From Cystobasidiomycetes sp. EMM_F5 (Eukaryota), in NCBI GenBank assembly GCA_051047955.1, contig JBPGPT010000022.1:186001-250000 (forward strand): a DNA stretch of 64,000 nucleotides. Reading direction: 5' to 3'. The notes beneath the pieces are model-generated. The model was not told where the DNA came from. It ran no database searches and saw only the letters and a program-made list of their open reading frames with translations. The position numbers were made by a program, and so were the translations under genes. Shown here in pieces: positions 46,825-60,012 of this stretch. Numbering within the stretch: position 1 is the first letter of the stretch; each line of letters opens with the position of its first letter.

Positions 46825-49800
46825 ATGTCCAGTACCGCCGGAATCAAGCGCAAAGGCAGGCCCAAGGCGCTAGACCTCAAATCCTCAATTGGAGCTCCCT
46901 TACACGTAGTGCACGTTGGTGGAGCCAGTGTTCCGGACGATTACCAAGATTCGTTTGTGCCCTCTCGCGCAGCACCTTCTACTCCGCCAGCGCCAGAACG
47001 GACGGAGTTTATGGCAAGACCCTCATCTCTCACAACGTCTTCAGCTCCTGTCAGACCGCCACGCAGTCCGGTACGCCCAGTATCGCCAGCACCAAGCGTT
47101 GAACAGCCAGAAAGCATCGCTTCCGAGGCCGAAGTAGAATACTTTGATACAGAGTCTACTCCGACCATGGCAACCAACGAGTTTCTGAATCGCACGCCTA
47201 TCGACGAGCGGATACCGCAGAACCCGCCGAGAGCCGAGAGTCCAACAGACACTATCGATGTTGCAGGTCACATTGCCTTTCGTTCTGCACCGCAGTCCCC
47301 TGTACGAACCCTATACTCGGCTCCGTCTCCTCACCATCGTATAGGTCACCGACGCGAAAGTCTTCAGCCGACCATTATCATGACCGAATCTTGGGAGCCA
47401 CCATCGCCTACGCGTACAACTACCATAGCTGAGCAAGTTGGACACGGAGGACGCCGACCGTCCCTCGTCAATCCCGAGGATTATATGCCAGGTTTCGCAG
47501 TATCGACAGATGGTGGCCGAGCAATGACTGCTGGATTTGAGCCACCCTCGCCGTCACGAGCTGTAAGTGGCTCGTAGTAATTGTAGTGTAATTTCGGCTG
47601 AGCTAAATTCTCCACGTATTACAGCGCATCTCTAGCTATGCAAATGTGCGAAGGACGTCGTATGGGGCAAAGCCCGTTGGTCAGCGTCGAGCGTCTTCAT
47701 TGCGCACAGACTGGAGTTCTAGCGATGCCTTGTCGGAAGTCGAATCGCCAAGTCACATCCGAGAAACCTCAAATGATCTCGCAGAGTACAGTCCGACTCG
47801 TTTTGAGCATACAGCCGAGGAAAGGAAGGGTTCCGTTGCTCCTGGCGAAATGGTTGTAGTTCCGACTCTACTGTTTGATCGCACACGTTTGACCGAAGCC
47901 ATTCCAAGGGATCCAATCACCGGCAAGATTGACGTAAGTGAAGCTCAACACTATGCAATTTGACTATAACCCTGATAGACGTGCTCATTACAGTGGCGGG
48001 CCCGCCTGGCAGTCAAACAAAGCCCAAGCCGTGATATAAGTCCGACATCGACCCATTTCATTGACAAGGATGGCCTTTTCGAGTCATCACTTGGTGCGCA
48101 ATTCGCTCGATCAACTGGCGGTTCTTCCAGTGGCAGCCCTGACGAGAAGTCTATGGCTCAAGGCGGAATGAAGGAGTACTTTACGTCTTCAGCCTCTCTG
48201 CACAGCCACGGTGGTCGAAAACAGTTCATACAGATCGTGGAAAGGGAGTCACCCGAATACACGCGGCTGGGCAAGCTGTTCCTCTGTGTTTCGCCCGTGA
48301 CCTTCTTCTTGAGCATCGCGGCAGTCGTATTCTACCTATTTATCAGATGTGTCGCCATTCTTCGGGCAACATATCAGACAGAACGGCCATATGTATCTGC
48401 ATGGATATTTTACGCTTTTGAAGCAACCATGGCTCTGTGGATAGGTAAGACCCCACACGCCTATCTCGTTGTTTGGCAAACGCTGATGTAAATCCGTAGT
48501 GGCATACAATTTCACCAACATCGTCAATATGCGATTCAAGAGCAAACCCAGGTACACCATCAAGGGCGACGTATGCTTGCCAACAGTCGATGTCCTGATC
48601 CTGGCAACCGGCCAGGATACGTCCATGGTGATGGATTGCGTTGTTGCAGCGGCGCATCTGGACTGGCCGATTGACAAGCTTCGCGTGCTAGTTATTGATG
48701 AAGCTTTGTCTGATACGACCAAGCGCGCTGTGGACTACTATTCGAACAACCGCGCTCTTCACGTTACCTACCACCGACGACGTGCGGATGCCAGCAAGCC
48801 GGGCACACTGCCAAAGTCATCGAGCATCAATCTCGGACTAGCTGAGACACGGGCAAATGGTCGTGTGTCTGGTGAATATGTTGTCGTACTGGAGGCTGAG
48901 GTGGGTCTCAACTGTATAATGAGCGAAGTTTCGGCTAATGTATGCTTATTGCAGAGCATATGCGAGCCTGAACTTCTCCGATATGCTTTGCCTCACTTGA
49001 TCCAAAATCCACTGGTTGGCCTATTAACAACACCATCGGGCTTTTACAATCTCCCCAGGAATCTTGGACTGTCTTTCAGCACTTTCGTACGCAGCACAGA
49101 GCCAGTCGAGGACTCGCGTTCGGCTTTCATCATGCGGCGGTGTGCCGTTGACGACGTTGGCGGCTTCCCCACGAGGTCTTCTGTAGAAGACTGCCGTCTG
49201 GCCAGTATTCTGGAGGGTCGTGGTTATCGAGTCTCCTCAATTGACGAGACATTGCAATACAGCTTAATCCCTGACACTTTCTCACGGCATTTGCGTCAAC
49301 GCGTAGACAGAGGTGCGTGGGCCTTGTAAAGCGTGATGAAAATTGCTGATGTCTATTTCAGACCTGGCGCACATCAAAACGGCCAGCCGCCTAAACTTCT
49401 TTTTGGCTGGCCACAGAGTCGCGCACATGTCGTTTGGTTCTCGAGTGTCCGCGATGTGCCGCGCAATCGCTCCCTTTACAAGCATAGTCATGCTCATGAA
49501 CATGATGATCTTTCCCGTGGCGATTGGATTGGGCGGATTTCTCGTTCCCGCTCTTTCTCTTGGAGAGCTCAACCTCATGATTTGGGCCGCACTCGCCGTT
49601 GTCCTCACGGAACGACTGCATGATTTCTTCTTCGCTGTCCCGGCAGGGCGAGCTTCGGTGCACAGGCATCTGCAGGCACAGATCTTTATGGCTCCCTATC
49701 TCGTCATTGGCCTTTTCCGTGCAATGCTACCAGCATTTCTGCGCAGAGGTGCATCGCCCTACTGGGTGCAAGATACGTCTGAGGATGGTACCGAGCGAGA

Positions 49801-50355
49801 CCGGAAGAACCGGAAACCGCTGAGACTCCGCCTATTCTCCGTGATGTTCTATTCTCACGGTTGGATTCATCTGGTCGTCATACTGGGAATCCTAGCGGCT
49901 ATCGCGGTCTCGCTGTCGAACAGTATCATCGGCTGGATCGGCCATGTTCGCTCAGCGCAACAGACTGGACGTAGGTCGACATCATACGAAATCTGTTTAT
50001 GAGCCCGTGCTGATTTGCTATGCAGTTCTTGTCTTGATGACGATAGCTTGGCCCACCTTGCCATGGGTAGATATCCTTACCGGTTGTATTGTACCTCTGT
50101 GAGTATTGCAGCTGAGCCACCGAATGTGCACTAACTGCCTGGTACAGGGCATACGCCTTCGTTCCACCGTCTGTGCCATCGCGAGAGCAATTGATGCATC
50201 GCGAGCCAATTTCTGGACTCGCCCGTCCTCTCCCCGAATCTAAGCAAAACAGACCCTTCCGGGAAGGGTTCTTTGGTCGGTCTGTCCTCTTTGTCCTGCA
50301 GGTCGGATACATCTGTGCCATCTTTGCACTCACACTCACACCTTTGCCCATTTGA
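46825..50355 (+). CDS. GT2 cellulose-synthase-like multi-pass membrane protein with degenerate catalytic motifs and a long disordered N-terminus
   Basis: LPTVDVLI...LDWPIDKLRVLVIDE, VTYHRR, FIMRRCAVDDVGGFP, IPDTFSRHLRQR and several TM helices. The exons from 46825 splice in frame into the GT2 part. Confidence 0.8.
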
Positions 50356-50504
50356 GCATGAGCATATGGCAGTCACCGCTGAGCGGTCTTTCTTTTGTAC
50401 ATGTAACTTGGCAACTTAGATCCTAGGCTGTAAATGGAGAACTGAGGGGCAGCTGTGCGCGAATATTTGGTCTACTTGAAAGCCCAGTTTCGTCAGCTTT
50501 GAAG

Positions 50505-51715
50505 ATGCTTCAATCAACTTCACACGCGATGATGAGTATGTCGCTAATCTGTACCTGCGGAACTGTGGTAAGGCGCAGAGCGCTACAGCCCACCCTACTG
50601 CGCAAGATAGCGACTGGCCCTGGGGTCACGAGCGACGGACCAGCAGCCCGAGCGCGTCATTCGGCAGAGGAAGCGTCTTCAGCTCGACCAGGGCCCTTTC
50701 CGTACATTGACAGCCGGAGCAACCTCGACCAAGCACCTCGTCGGCCATGGGGTGACCTGCGAAGCGGTGAGAAGGTCGCCAGAACGCTCGCCAATTCTTC
50801 GAAAGCGTAAGGCGAAACTAGGAAGAGCTGGATCGCCGTGTACTGATGTAGGCTAACTCGTGTTTTTATCTTTCGTTCCATTGTTCTAGTGCATTTGTCG
50901 TCGTCTTTGGATTGGGAATATCAGGTCTCGTCATCTACGCCGTCAGCAGCGAGCTGTTCGCGACCAATAGCCCCACAAAGCTTTTCGAGCAGGCTAGCGA
51001 GCGGGTCAAGCGCAATCCGGAGGTCAATCAGATCCTGCAGCAGCCTTTGAAGTGTCACAGCGAGCTTGGAGGTGGCAGACGACATCGGCGCATACAAAGT
51101 TCTATCTCCCTGGATAGCGTTACAGGAAGAGAGCTGTTGACCATGCGATTCTACGTTGAAGGTCATCTGGACGAGGATCTCAGCTCGCTGACATGGGCGG
51201 AACGAGGAAAGAGATGGATTCGGCCGATAGTTGTGGAACCATCTGATCCAACGGATCTTTTGCCTCAAATGCCCACGCACTCGCAACCGCACACCAACAC
51301 AGCGCCTATAACAGGTGCATATGAGTCGGACTGGTCATTCATCTCTATTGCGAAAAGGCTCTTCGGGTCATTTTTTGCCAGCTCGCCGGCATCGTCAAAC
51401 AAGCTCACAACGAAACCATTGCGAACTAGGCCGGCGAAAGGAACTTATACAAAGGGGGAGGTGTTTGCTACCTTTCTCATGGACGGTAATGGTAGCTTCC
51501 AGCCAAAATCCATCGCGGTCTTTTATCCAGGTAAGCTTTCGTCTGCCTCTCGAAATGTTTGACCGACCCAGCTCTGTGCGCACCCAGATGCAGTGCAGAA
51601 GCAGTGGCGCACGGACATCATGTCCGGCAAAGATATACGACAGGAGTCTGCACCGGCTGCCGGCACCGCAAGCAGTGAAAGATATCGATTTTGGTCGCGA
51701 AAGAGCGCTTCGTAA
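50505..51715 (+). CDS. TIM21: Mitochondrial import inner membrane translocase subunit Tim21
   Basis: PWGDLRSGEKVART, TM segment FVVVFGLGISGLVIYAVSSELF, NSPTKLFEQASERVK, GRELLTMRFYVEG. Confidence 0.85.
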
Positions 51716-51882
51716 AGCCCATCGAAACGCAATTCGACCACCGGACATAGAGTATATGTGTAGCATAGTATGAGCATTGATTTATACAACAACAATTGAA
51801 AGGTCAACAAGCCTTGCATACTCACCGTATCTGCTGAATTTACATACGCGATCGTGAAATATCTCGAACGCCCTATCCTATA

Positions 51883-54800
51883 CTATGCGTAATAAGATGT
51901 ACCAATAACTAGATCGTTAAGGTCTTGCAACTGCTCCGTGCTAAACTTAGCCTGATCTTCGGTCCAGGTGTCCTGATGCGTCTTGCGGAATTGAGCGAGC
52001 ATGTCCTTCACAGTGGTAGACACTGGAGCTCGCGAAGCACTGAATTTAGTAGCTGCTGCCAGCATGAGCTGGGGTAGCCATGCCGGAACATCGTATGGCC
52101 AAGCAAGAACTAAAGCTGACGCGCCAAGGACGGCTGCATGAGCGTCGATGAGTTTATCTTGGAATTCTTCATTGTTGGCACTCTTTGCAATGTCCTTCTT
52201 TCCCAGGACAGGAATCCGTTTCAGTTCCTTCAGGAAACGGTCCTTGAATAACAGATGAGGCGTCAACCGAGAAACGGGCAAACATACATGAAGACATACC
52301 TTGAATTCCAGTACAGAATCGCGTTGTGAACAGCGGATGATGCCGCTCAGAGTAGTGGCTGCGGCTTCTCGTACTTCGATCTACACATGCTATAAGCTCA
52401 CGTATACACAATGCACGAGATGTTACGCCTACATGAACGTCTTTCAGTAAGTCACACAGAGTCGTAACCACTTTCAGAATGTGTGTTTCTTCCAGAGCGA
52501 AGAGCTGATGGAAGAAGAATACTGTAGGGACAAATTATTGTCAGCCAATCGCATATAGCTGTGAGCGAATGACAGCTCGCCTTGCAGAAGTGGCAGGACT
52601 GTTAGCCTCGTCCGCCAGCTTTGACTCTCGAAGAGCGCAAGGAGACTGTCTAGCACAATCGGCACTCTCGAAGCTGGATATGGGAGGGCGGCCATAGCGG
52701 CCAATACTACATTGGCCCACTTTTGTAATTCTTGATTATCTTGCATATCTTGCATATGCATAAGCTCTGGCAGAAGGCGTGCCACAAAGGGGTATATCGT
52801 AGCTACGCGATAGTCATTCATTCCAGACCAAAGCCAGGTGAGAATGGTGAGGCATGCAGAATCATACGGCTGCACAGCATCTTTGGAGAATGGTTTACGG
52901 ATCTTCCGCAGCTCGCCCAAGGAAACTACCAAATTCTCGACGCGTAGTACGTATTCTTCGTCGACTTCAATTAGTAAGTGCATACCATCCTTACGGTAGC
53001 AAGCCTCCAGGAAAGCTTGCGTGGAGGGGAAAGATGGGTGCAGTCGCAATTCACTGAGATATCGCAAATTATCGGAGATGGCCAAGCGAACTTCGGTGTA
53101 TGGCGAAGTAATGGCATCCCAGAACGTGTCCGCAAAGTCCGGTACCCATGGCGAGAAGTGCCAAGACAAAGACTCTGCCATTGTAAATGAGCCTGATCTG
53201 CTTGATTTGTTCAAAGCATTCGAAAAACGTACTCATAGTGCTTCCCAGAAGATAACCTTTTCGAGCCTCTTTGAAAGCCTCAGACGAGTCTATGTCAATC
53301 TTGAGCTTGGTCAGGAAACCCATCAGTGATTCGCATCGCCGAGGGTCGCCTGATGCAGCGACTCAGCATCTGTGTATTGTACCCTCGATTGGCAATACTC
53401 ACGATTGCCTAGAACATATTCGACCAGCATTTCCCAGCATGGCTGTGTATCGAGGTTGATGCGATCGAAGATTTTTGGCCATTGAGGCGCAAGCCAGTCA
53501 TACACACGTTGTTGCTTTGGCATGGCCCAGTGCTTGGCACCTCGCATCAAGCCTCCAATGACTTCCGCCGCCGCCCTCTGCTTGTGACGATCATTGTCTT
53601 CTAGCACTTTGGTAAGCAGCGGTAACAACACATCCAGAGGAGCATCCCGGTATATCTGGAAAATTGACTAGAGGCGCATCTGTCAGCTAGGCCGTCATCA
53701 AACCGCAGGGCAGCCGCACCTTCACGATGGTCACATTGTCCGCGCTGAGAGATTGACCAGGGCAATCAATACGCGTCAGTCGAGTTATTTGTATATCATC
53801 CTACCGACTCACGCAAGATAGTCACGGCTACTCTCTTGGCTTAGATTCCGTAACATTGACTCCCAGAATGGAGTGCTTAGGACCTGCTGTCGCATAGCCT
53901 CGATAGCTGCTGCTGAGGAAGGGTCCCACGCGAAGTCTCCCTCGGCAGGAACACGGTAAGCATCGTACGAGCGACCCCACACCAACCAGCCAGTGTTGTG
54001 CTTATCAACCAGTACTCTATGTCATGCCAAGTACTTCAGCTTTGTCCTGATCGTGTATCGCCGCACTCACGACTCAGGCGTCAAAGGTTGGCGATACCTT
54101 TGCAGAAAAGCCTCTGTAAAAGTATGGTTGATATTCACTGGAACGTCGATGGAAATCTTGAGTGGGTTCTTCGACTTCTGGAGAAGAAGATCCTCCTCGG
54201 TCTCGCAAAAAGTCCTCAACTTGATGAAGTGAAGCAACTTGGTAGCTCTACAGTCACCGAGCCGGTAAGCTCGGCGACTCGCGACAGCCTGACACGCTTG
54301 ACACAGACTTACGCGACTATGGCACTGGTGCGCTGATGCGGTAATTCTGACACAGTTTGGCTGAGCATGTATGTACAGAGCTCAGCGTTTAAGGGTTGAT
54401 CGCGTCTGATGAGGGAGCGAAGGAAACGCTGCAGAAGGAGTGTCAAAATGGGCTGCATAAAAGCTTTTCTCTTTCACCTTGCTTACAGTTGATGCTAGGA
54501 CATAGCGCCAGTGGCTAGAAGAGTCTTGCGCCACCGCCAGTAGATCAGGGATGAGCTTTTCATATTCAGCATTCCGTGTGTCGATGCGTCTTTGACTATG
54601 CATGCAGAGACTACGGAACAACGCCTCATCAGTAGGCTGCATACTCGCCTTCTCCAGTGCATGTGCAGCATCTTGGCTATTGATGGATGAGATCTTGAGC
54701 TTCAGTGTCTTCGAACGGGATTGTAAGCCCTTATTCGGTCTTCGCATGATCCTGTACCTACCGAAGGCTCTGCTAGCCGAATGATGAAGTCGGACGTCAC

Positions 54801-57800
54801 TACCTTGACTAATTGCTGCACAGATGGCTGTGCCACGATTCAGCTTTCTGACATCAGCCCAATCATTCGTCGTCATACCTTCTGCTCATGTTGACACTGT
54901 AATAGCTTGCGAATGTAGGTCGGCCCGATAGACCAATCAAGGATGGCCATGTTTCCGCTGGGATATTGATCAGCATTTGTGCAATAAAGCTCGCAAGGGT
55001 ACACACAATGACTTTCCACCGAGCACGTATAACGCGCCTTTCATGCGGTCAGGATCGTTACCAGCTGGCAATGCTGTGGTCAGGCAGTCGTATCTAACAG
55101 CCATATGCGAAACTCACGCTGCAGTGCGTTGAAGAATCGATCGAGTAGCAAGGTTTTTGTACCGTCGTAAGTCAACGTGAAAGCATCCAATGCTCTTTGT
55201 GCTACTTTGCGGACGCTGACGTAAGGCGACATGGCTAGTTCCGCGATATCCTGTATTAGTAGGTCGTCGGCCTCGCTGCAGATCAAACCCGATCAGTCCC
55301 TGTACAAAGTCGCAAACAGCCGACCTCACCTCCTTTTGCGATAGAACGTGTTGAGACGCATTCGAGAGGCGTGATATAAGGCAGCTCGTCTCACTGTACA
55401 ATCATCTAGTCAGATAATGTTTCTCAGCCATGACTTGCGGCAGTCGTACCCCATACTATCCGTGGAAAGCGCTTCTGATTGACTGTATACTTTGACATGT
55501 CCCGCATGAAAATAAAATTCGATCTAATAAATAGCAAAGTCAGGGGGACAGCGCGACAAGGATACATACAAGTTTGCACACTTGAGGCCGTCATGACTTG
55601 CCCGGTCTGATGGATGATTGAGCATCAGATGTTTACTGGTGGATATAGCCATTTTAATGCTATCGATAGCGTCCTCCGATTTGTCTTGTACGCTGGTCAT
55701 CTTCACGAACGCCTTGTGCACGATGTGCTGGACGCGGTCCTTAAGTCCGTATAGCATTTGCAAGCGAGGATCCGAAGGGTCACTTAGAGCTGCGCCGTAG
55801 GCACAACGCGGTGCATCCGCCAAGAATGACTTATCTTCATCACTGTCCAGATGTTGTCAGGTACAAAATGTATGATTGGATTTTAAACAGCCTGTCTTAG
55901 CCTGTGCTTACCCTTGATCGGAAGCCTCGATGCCAGGACGGACAGGGTCGACAACACCCGTCAGGGTACTGATGCCCGTCATAGCCGCTCGAACGAGATT
56001 AGTATATCGGTTGAAGTCATTTCTCCATTCCTTGCCGACGCTGCCACTCGACGTTACTAGTTCGTCGAGCTTTTCAACGGCGGGTACCACAACTTCCTGG
56101 ATAATCTCGCATGCATACTCAATCTCTCCGTTCGACGGAACATGCCAATCGATCTTGACCTCGGCCGCAGTATAATCGCGGCCCCAATGCAGATGCGAAC
56201 GCTTCAAATAGTCTGCGAAATGGAAGTAAGCTCGTAGTCCTACTGGAAGTGCAAAACATTCACCTTGGCTGTTCCATTCTTCCGGATTCGCGGATCGATA
56301 CTCTCTAGGCCACACGCTTGATAGCGAACCTAGCAGGGCTTGCAGTATCCGTGCGGTGAACGTATAGCCGCGCTCGCTGAAGCACTTGTCTCGCATCAGT
56401 TTGAGTATGTCCAGCGTTTGCCGCTTGTATTGTATCGCCTTTGTAAAAGCATCCAGTCAGTACGTTATCTCATTGGGAGGATTCGGCATCCTCACATCAT
56501 CAGCAGCCATATGTACAGATCCTAAAAGAATGAGGCAATACCAGTGCAATGCGTTGTCACTCTCGATAGGGGTAGACGAGCTCGTCGTACGAGTAGAGGA
56601 TGCGCCATTATCGAGCTCGATATTAATCTTGTCAATGCAGACTGGGAGGAACGCCGCCAGAGACTTCGCTGGATCGGCGCGGCCAAAGCAAGCAGCCAGG
56701 TGCCCTACGGCTCTAGCGGAGTTCACCCGAGGAGAGCCGATGACATGCTTGGTGAAGACGGAGAGTGCCACGTCATATATTTCGGGTGACGCGCGGCCCA
56801 AAATCAGATCACACGCTACAGTTATAGTGCCAATCATGGACTCCTCCATTTTCCCACCAGCCTTACCGCTTCGACCAGGATCCGGGAGATGGTCGTATAA
56901 CGCAAGGACGGCTTTGAAAAATTTGACGATCCATTCTGGAAAGTCGGCTGTAGAGTCGCGAGTGAGTGCATCTTCTTCCACCCGGCTCAGCACCACTCCC
57001 TGAGCATCCATGTCGACATCCTCGATTTCAATTTCTGGCGGAGGCGGAGTAGCTTCTCGCACACCGTCCAGATGACCGGGCCCGGACGCCTCGTCGATGC
57101 ATTCTCGCCTTGTCAGATCATCAATTTTCACGGTGGCTAAAGCTTGCATGACGAACACTACCGTCGACAGCGTCTTGATGGGATCATTCACATCAAGGCC
57201 CGGAATGCATAATTCAAGGAGAGGTAGTAGATTCTTGGAGCCTGCTGGGTAGTTACTTCTGGATATCATAGGTAGTGCGACGGCCGCAAGGGCGCCCATG
57301 CAGGCTTCTGTTCGATGTGTCTGCGGAGTCACAAATTTGGTGAGTAAGTCAACGCGAACAAATACATTTCCCACAAATCAAATACCTCGACTAATCCCTG
57401 TAGAGCTGGGAAAGATCGCTCGAGAACAGCTGGCAGAACCAGACTAAGGGTCGCAATTAGCGTTACGGTACACAATCCGTTTCCAAACAGACTAACCTTG
57501 GCTCGAGGAAAGACATTGATTTCAGTGCAGAATGCGCGCAGCCCTGGGATAGCCTATCCTTTGAGAACATGGCAAGTAGTGCCACCTGTCTCGTAACCAA
57601 CACAAATTCCCTTCGGATCCGGATCGTCAATCTCCACTCCTTCGGTGTCTTGCAGTCACTCCTTTCCTCTTCGATCCAGCGCTTTGTAAACTCCCAGAGA
57701 ACGTTTTGCAGGAAGCGTGCGAGCGCAATGGTCCAGACTCCGTAATTGCTGGGGTGGAAGAAGGTCTCTGTCGCATTGACGAACTTTACCAGCGAGTCCA

Positions 57801-59503
57801 AGGCTCGCGAGCCTCCTATCTGTGGCTTAGAGGCACGTCCGCTGGCCGTATGCGTGCCGTTGATAGAGCTAGACAGTCCATTCATACCCAATGTGGCGTC
57901 AGGCACCGAAACCTTTGACAGACTTCTTGATGGCGCTTTTGACCCCGCTGGAGTCTTGTCGAGGATGGGAGAGTCGGGAGACATGGAATATACCAGGAGG
58001 ATAGCCAACGAATGCAGCTTCTCAGATGGCTTCAAGCAGAGTTCGGCACAAATATCAGTGGCTGTACGGAAACTTCACATTACTCGTTCTGACCTTCTGC
58101 ATCTTCATGACGGTGGCATTGGCTGCAGCATCAGCATTCGCAGCGCCAACTTCTCCACCCTGCGAGAGGAAACTTGCCCCACTTTTTCGTACGTTACCGA
58201 CTGGGATACCCATCGCTGAGAGTGTCTTCTCCATAAGCAAGTCCCACTGCTCGTGTGTAAAGATACCGACGTCTTTTCTGACTCCCTGCCACTTTGACTC
58301 AGGCTTGGCAGACTGTCCACTTTTTGGATGTACAGCATCCTGCATTTCTACGTCTAGGCCCGGAAGCGGTTCAGTTTCTGGTGTCGGCGATTTGGTGACA
58401 TCCTTCCCGTGCCCATTTGGCTGAAGCCGGCCATCTGACGTCCTTGAGGCGGCTGCTAGCATAACAGCGCTACGATGCGCTAGTCTGCTATACCTTTCAA
58501 TCAATTTCGGATCAGAAACACTCGGATCCACATGCTTCTCTGCCAATCTAGACATGACATCGAGCCACTGTTCTGTGAATATTTGCGAGTTTACAAACGA
58601 TTCCCAGAGCACGAATGCTGGATCCAGCCAACTTTGCGGATGGGAGATGGGAAGAAAGTGCGCCATAAAAGACTGACATGCAAGGATAGAATTGAGTGAT
58701 GAGCCGTCTAGGCGAGGTAGAAAGGTATCGAGCATCTTTGGCGCCTCGTGGGGAGGGAAAAAGCGCTGGCAGTATTCGGTTAAACTCAAGAGGGTAATGC
58801 TGATGTTTGTCAGTCCAAACTTGCGCTTCTTGGGAAATAGTTCTACTTCGAGCGCGGCGTGTAGCGGTTCCCAAGGTAGTTGAAGATCGATTATATCCAA
58901 TCGTTTCTTGTTGGCGAGTAGGGTGACGCAGGTTGCCGAGGCGGCCTCTATGATTCGAGGGTCCATCCCTGGCATCACGGCCAACTCATAGAACAGTCTT
59001 GCCAGCTTGGCGCGAATCTTTCGCTTCATGGGGTACTTGAGACTTAGCCAGCAGTCTAGCCGGTGGCTCCACACGAGCAGTCCGACTGGCCGAAAAGATG
59101 GCCGCAAGAGTAAGATGAGGAGGTGCCACGATGCGTGTACTATTACGCACTGTCATAATCCTTGGCTTGGACTGCCTGGCTTATACGCTGGATGATGACT
59201 TGCAGTTGCGCATCCATCTCTGCTAGGCTCTCGCACTGGTAGGGCAGGCTTTGTGGATATGTGAGGTACTGATGGATGAAGAGATAATATTCAGGCTTTC
59301 TCGTCTCGCCTTCATGAGTGCAGGCCCCTCACATTCTCTCTATTTCCATCTCGGTCCCTGGAGGCAGGTGTCGATGCTGCAGCAGGGCCACCCGCTCCAT
59401 CCGCCAGCTGCAGCTCGTCTATATCCTCCAGGTCTTCATCGTCGACCGGACTCATGTCTGGCGAGTCGATGACCAGTTCATCTGCCCCTTCGTCGTCTGC
59501 CAT
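51883..59503 (-). CDS. BLM10: Proteasome activator Blm10/PA200 (many exons)
   Basis: SLPYQCES, WLSLKYPM, ETFFHPSNYGVW, PGLDVNDPIKT, PDRMKGALYVL, DRHKQRAAAEVIGG, HAAVLG..LVLAWPYDVPAW, FRKTHQDTW. C-terminal HbYX motif SYYA*. Confidence 0.95.
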
Positions 59504-60012
59504 GTTTGCGGTATCGAGGCGCTGTGGGTTGCGGGCGCTACTCTTATCGAGCCAGACGATACGCTCGAGCGATGACCACGAAGTGTAGCCTGAGCAGCAG
59601 TCGGTGCAAAATGTGACCAGTCGGGTCAGACGAGATCAGAGAGGGTTGCAATAATCGATGGACGGGTCAAAGTCAGGCTTACTGTTTGCCATTGGAGCAG
59701 TTGGCCGCAGAACGAGGTGTTAATGCCAATTACATTGCTTCATTGCAAGACTCACCACCACGCAAGCCCAGACTTACGACGCTGCTCTCTGTCGAAAAAG
59801 AAGCCGCGTCACGGGCACGTGAAGGTCCTGTCGGCGATTGTCGAGCTGCATCGGCGATTGCAGGGACAACATGTACCAGTTCAATATCCGCAGTAGTGGG
59901 GGATATCTGATCCGCCTGGGAGGCATAACTACACGGGCTTTGTGGAGATCTGCTACTTTCAATCGTCGGTAAATTAAAAGGTGTCTATCTTTGCAATCGT
60001 CACGCAGATTGT

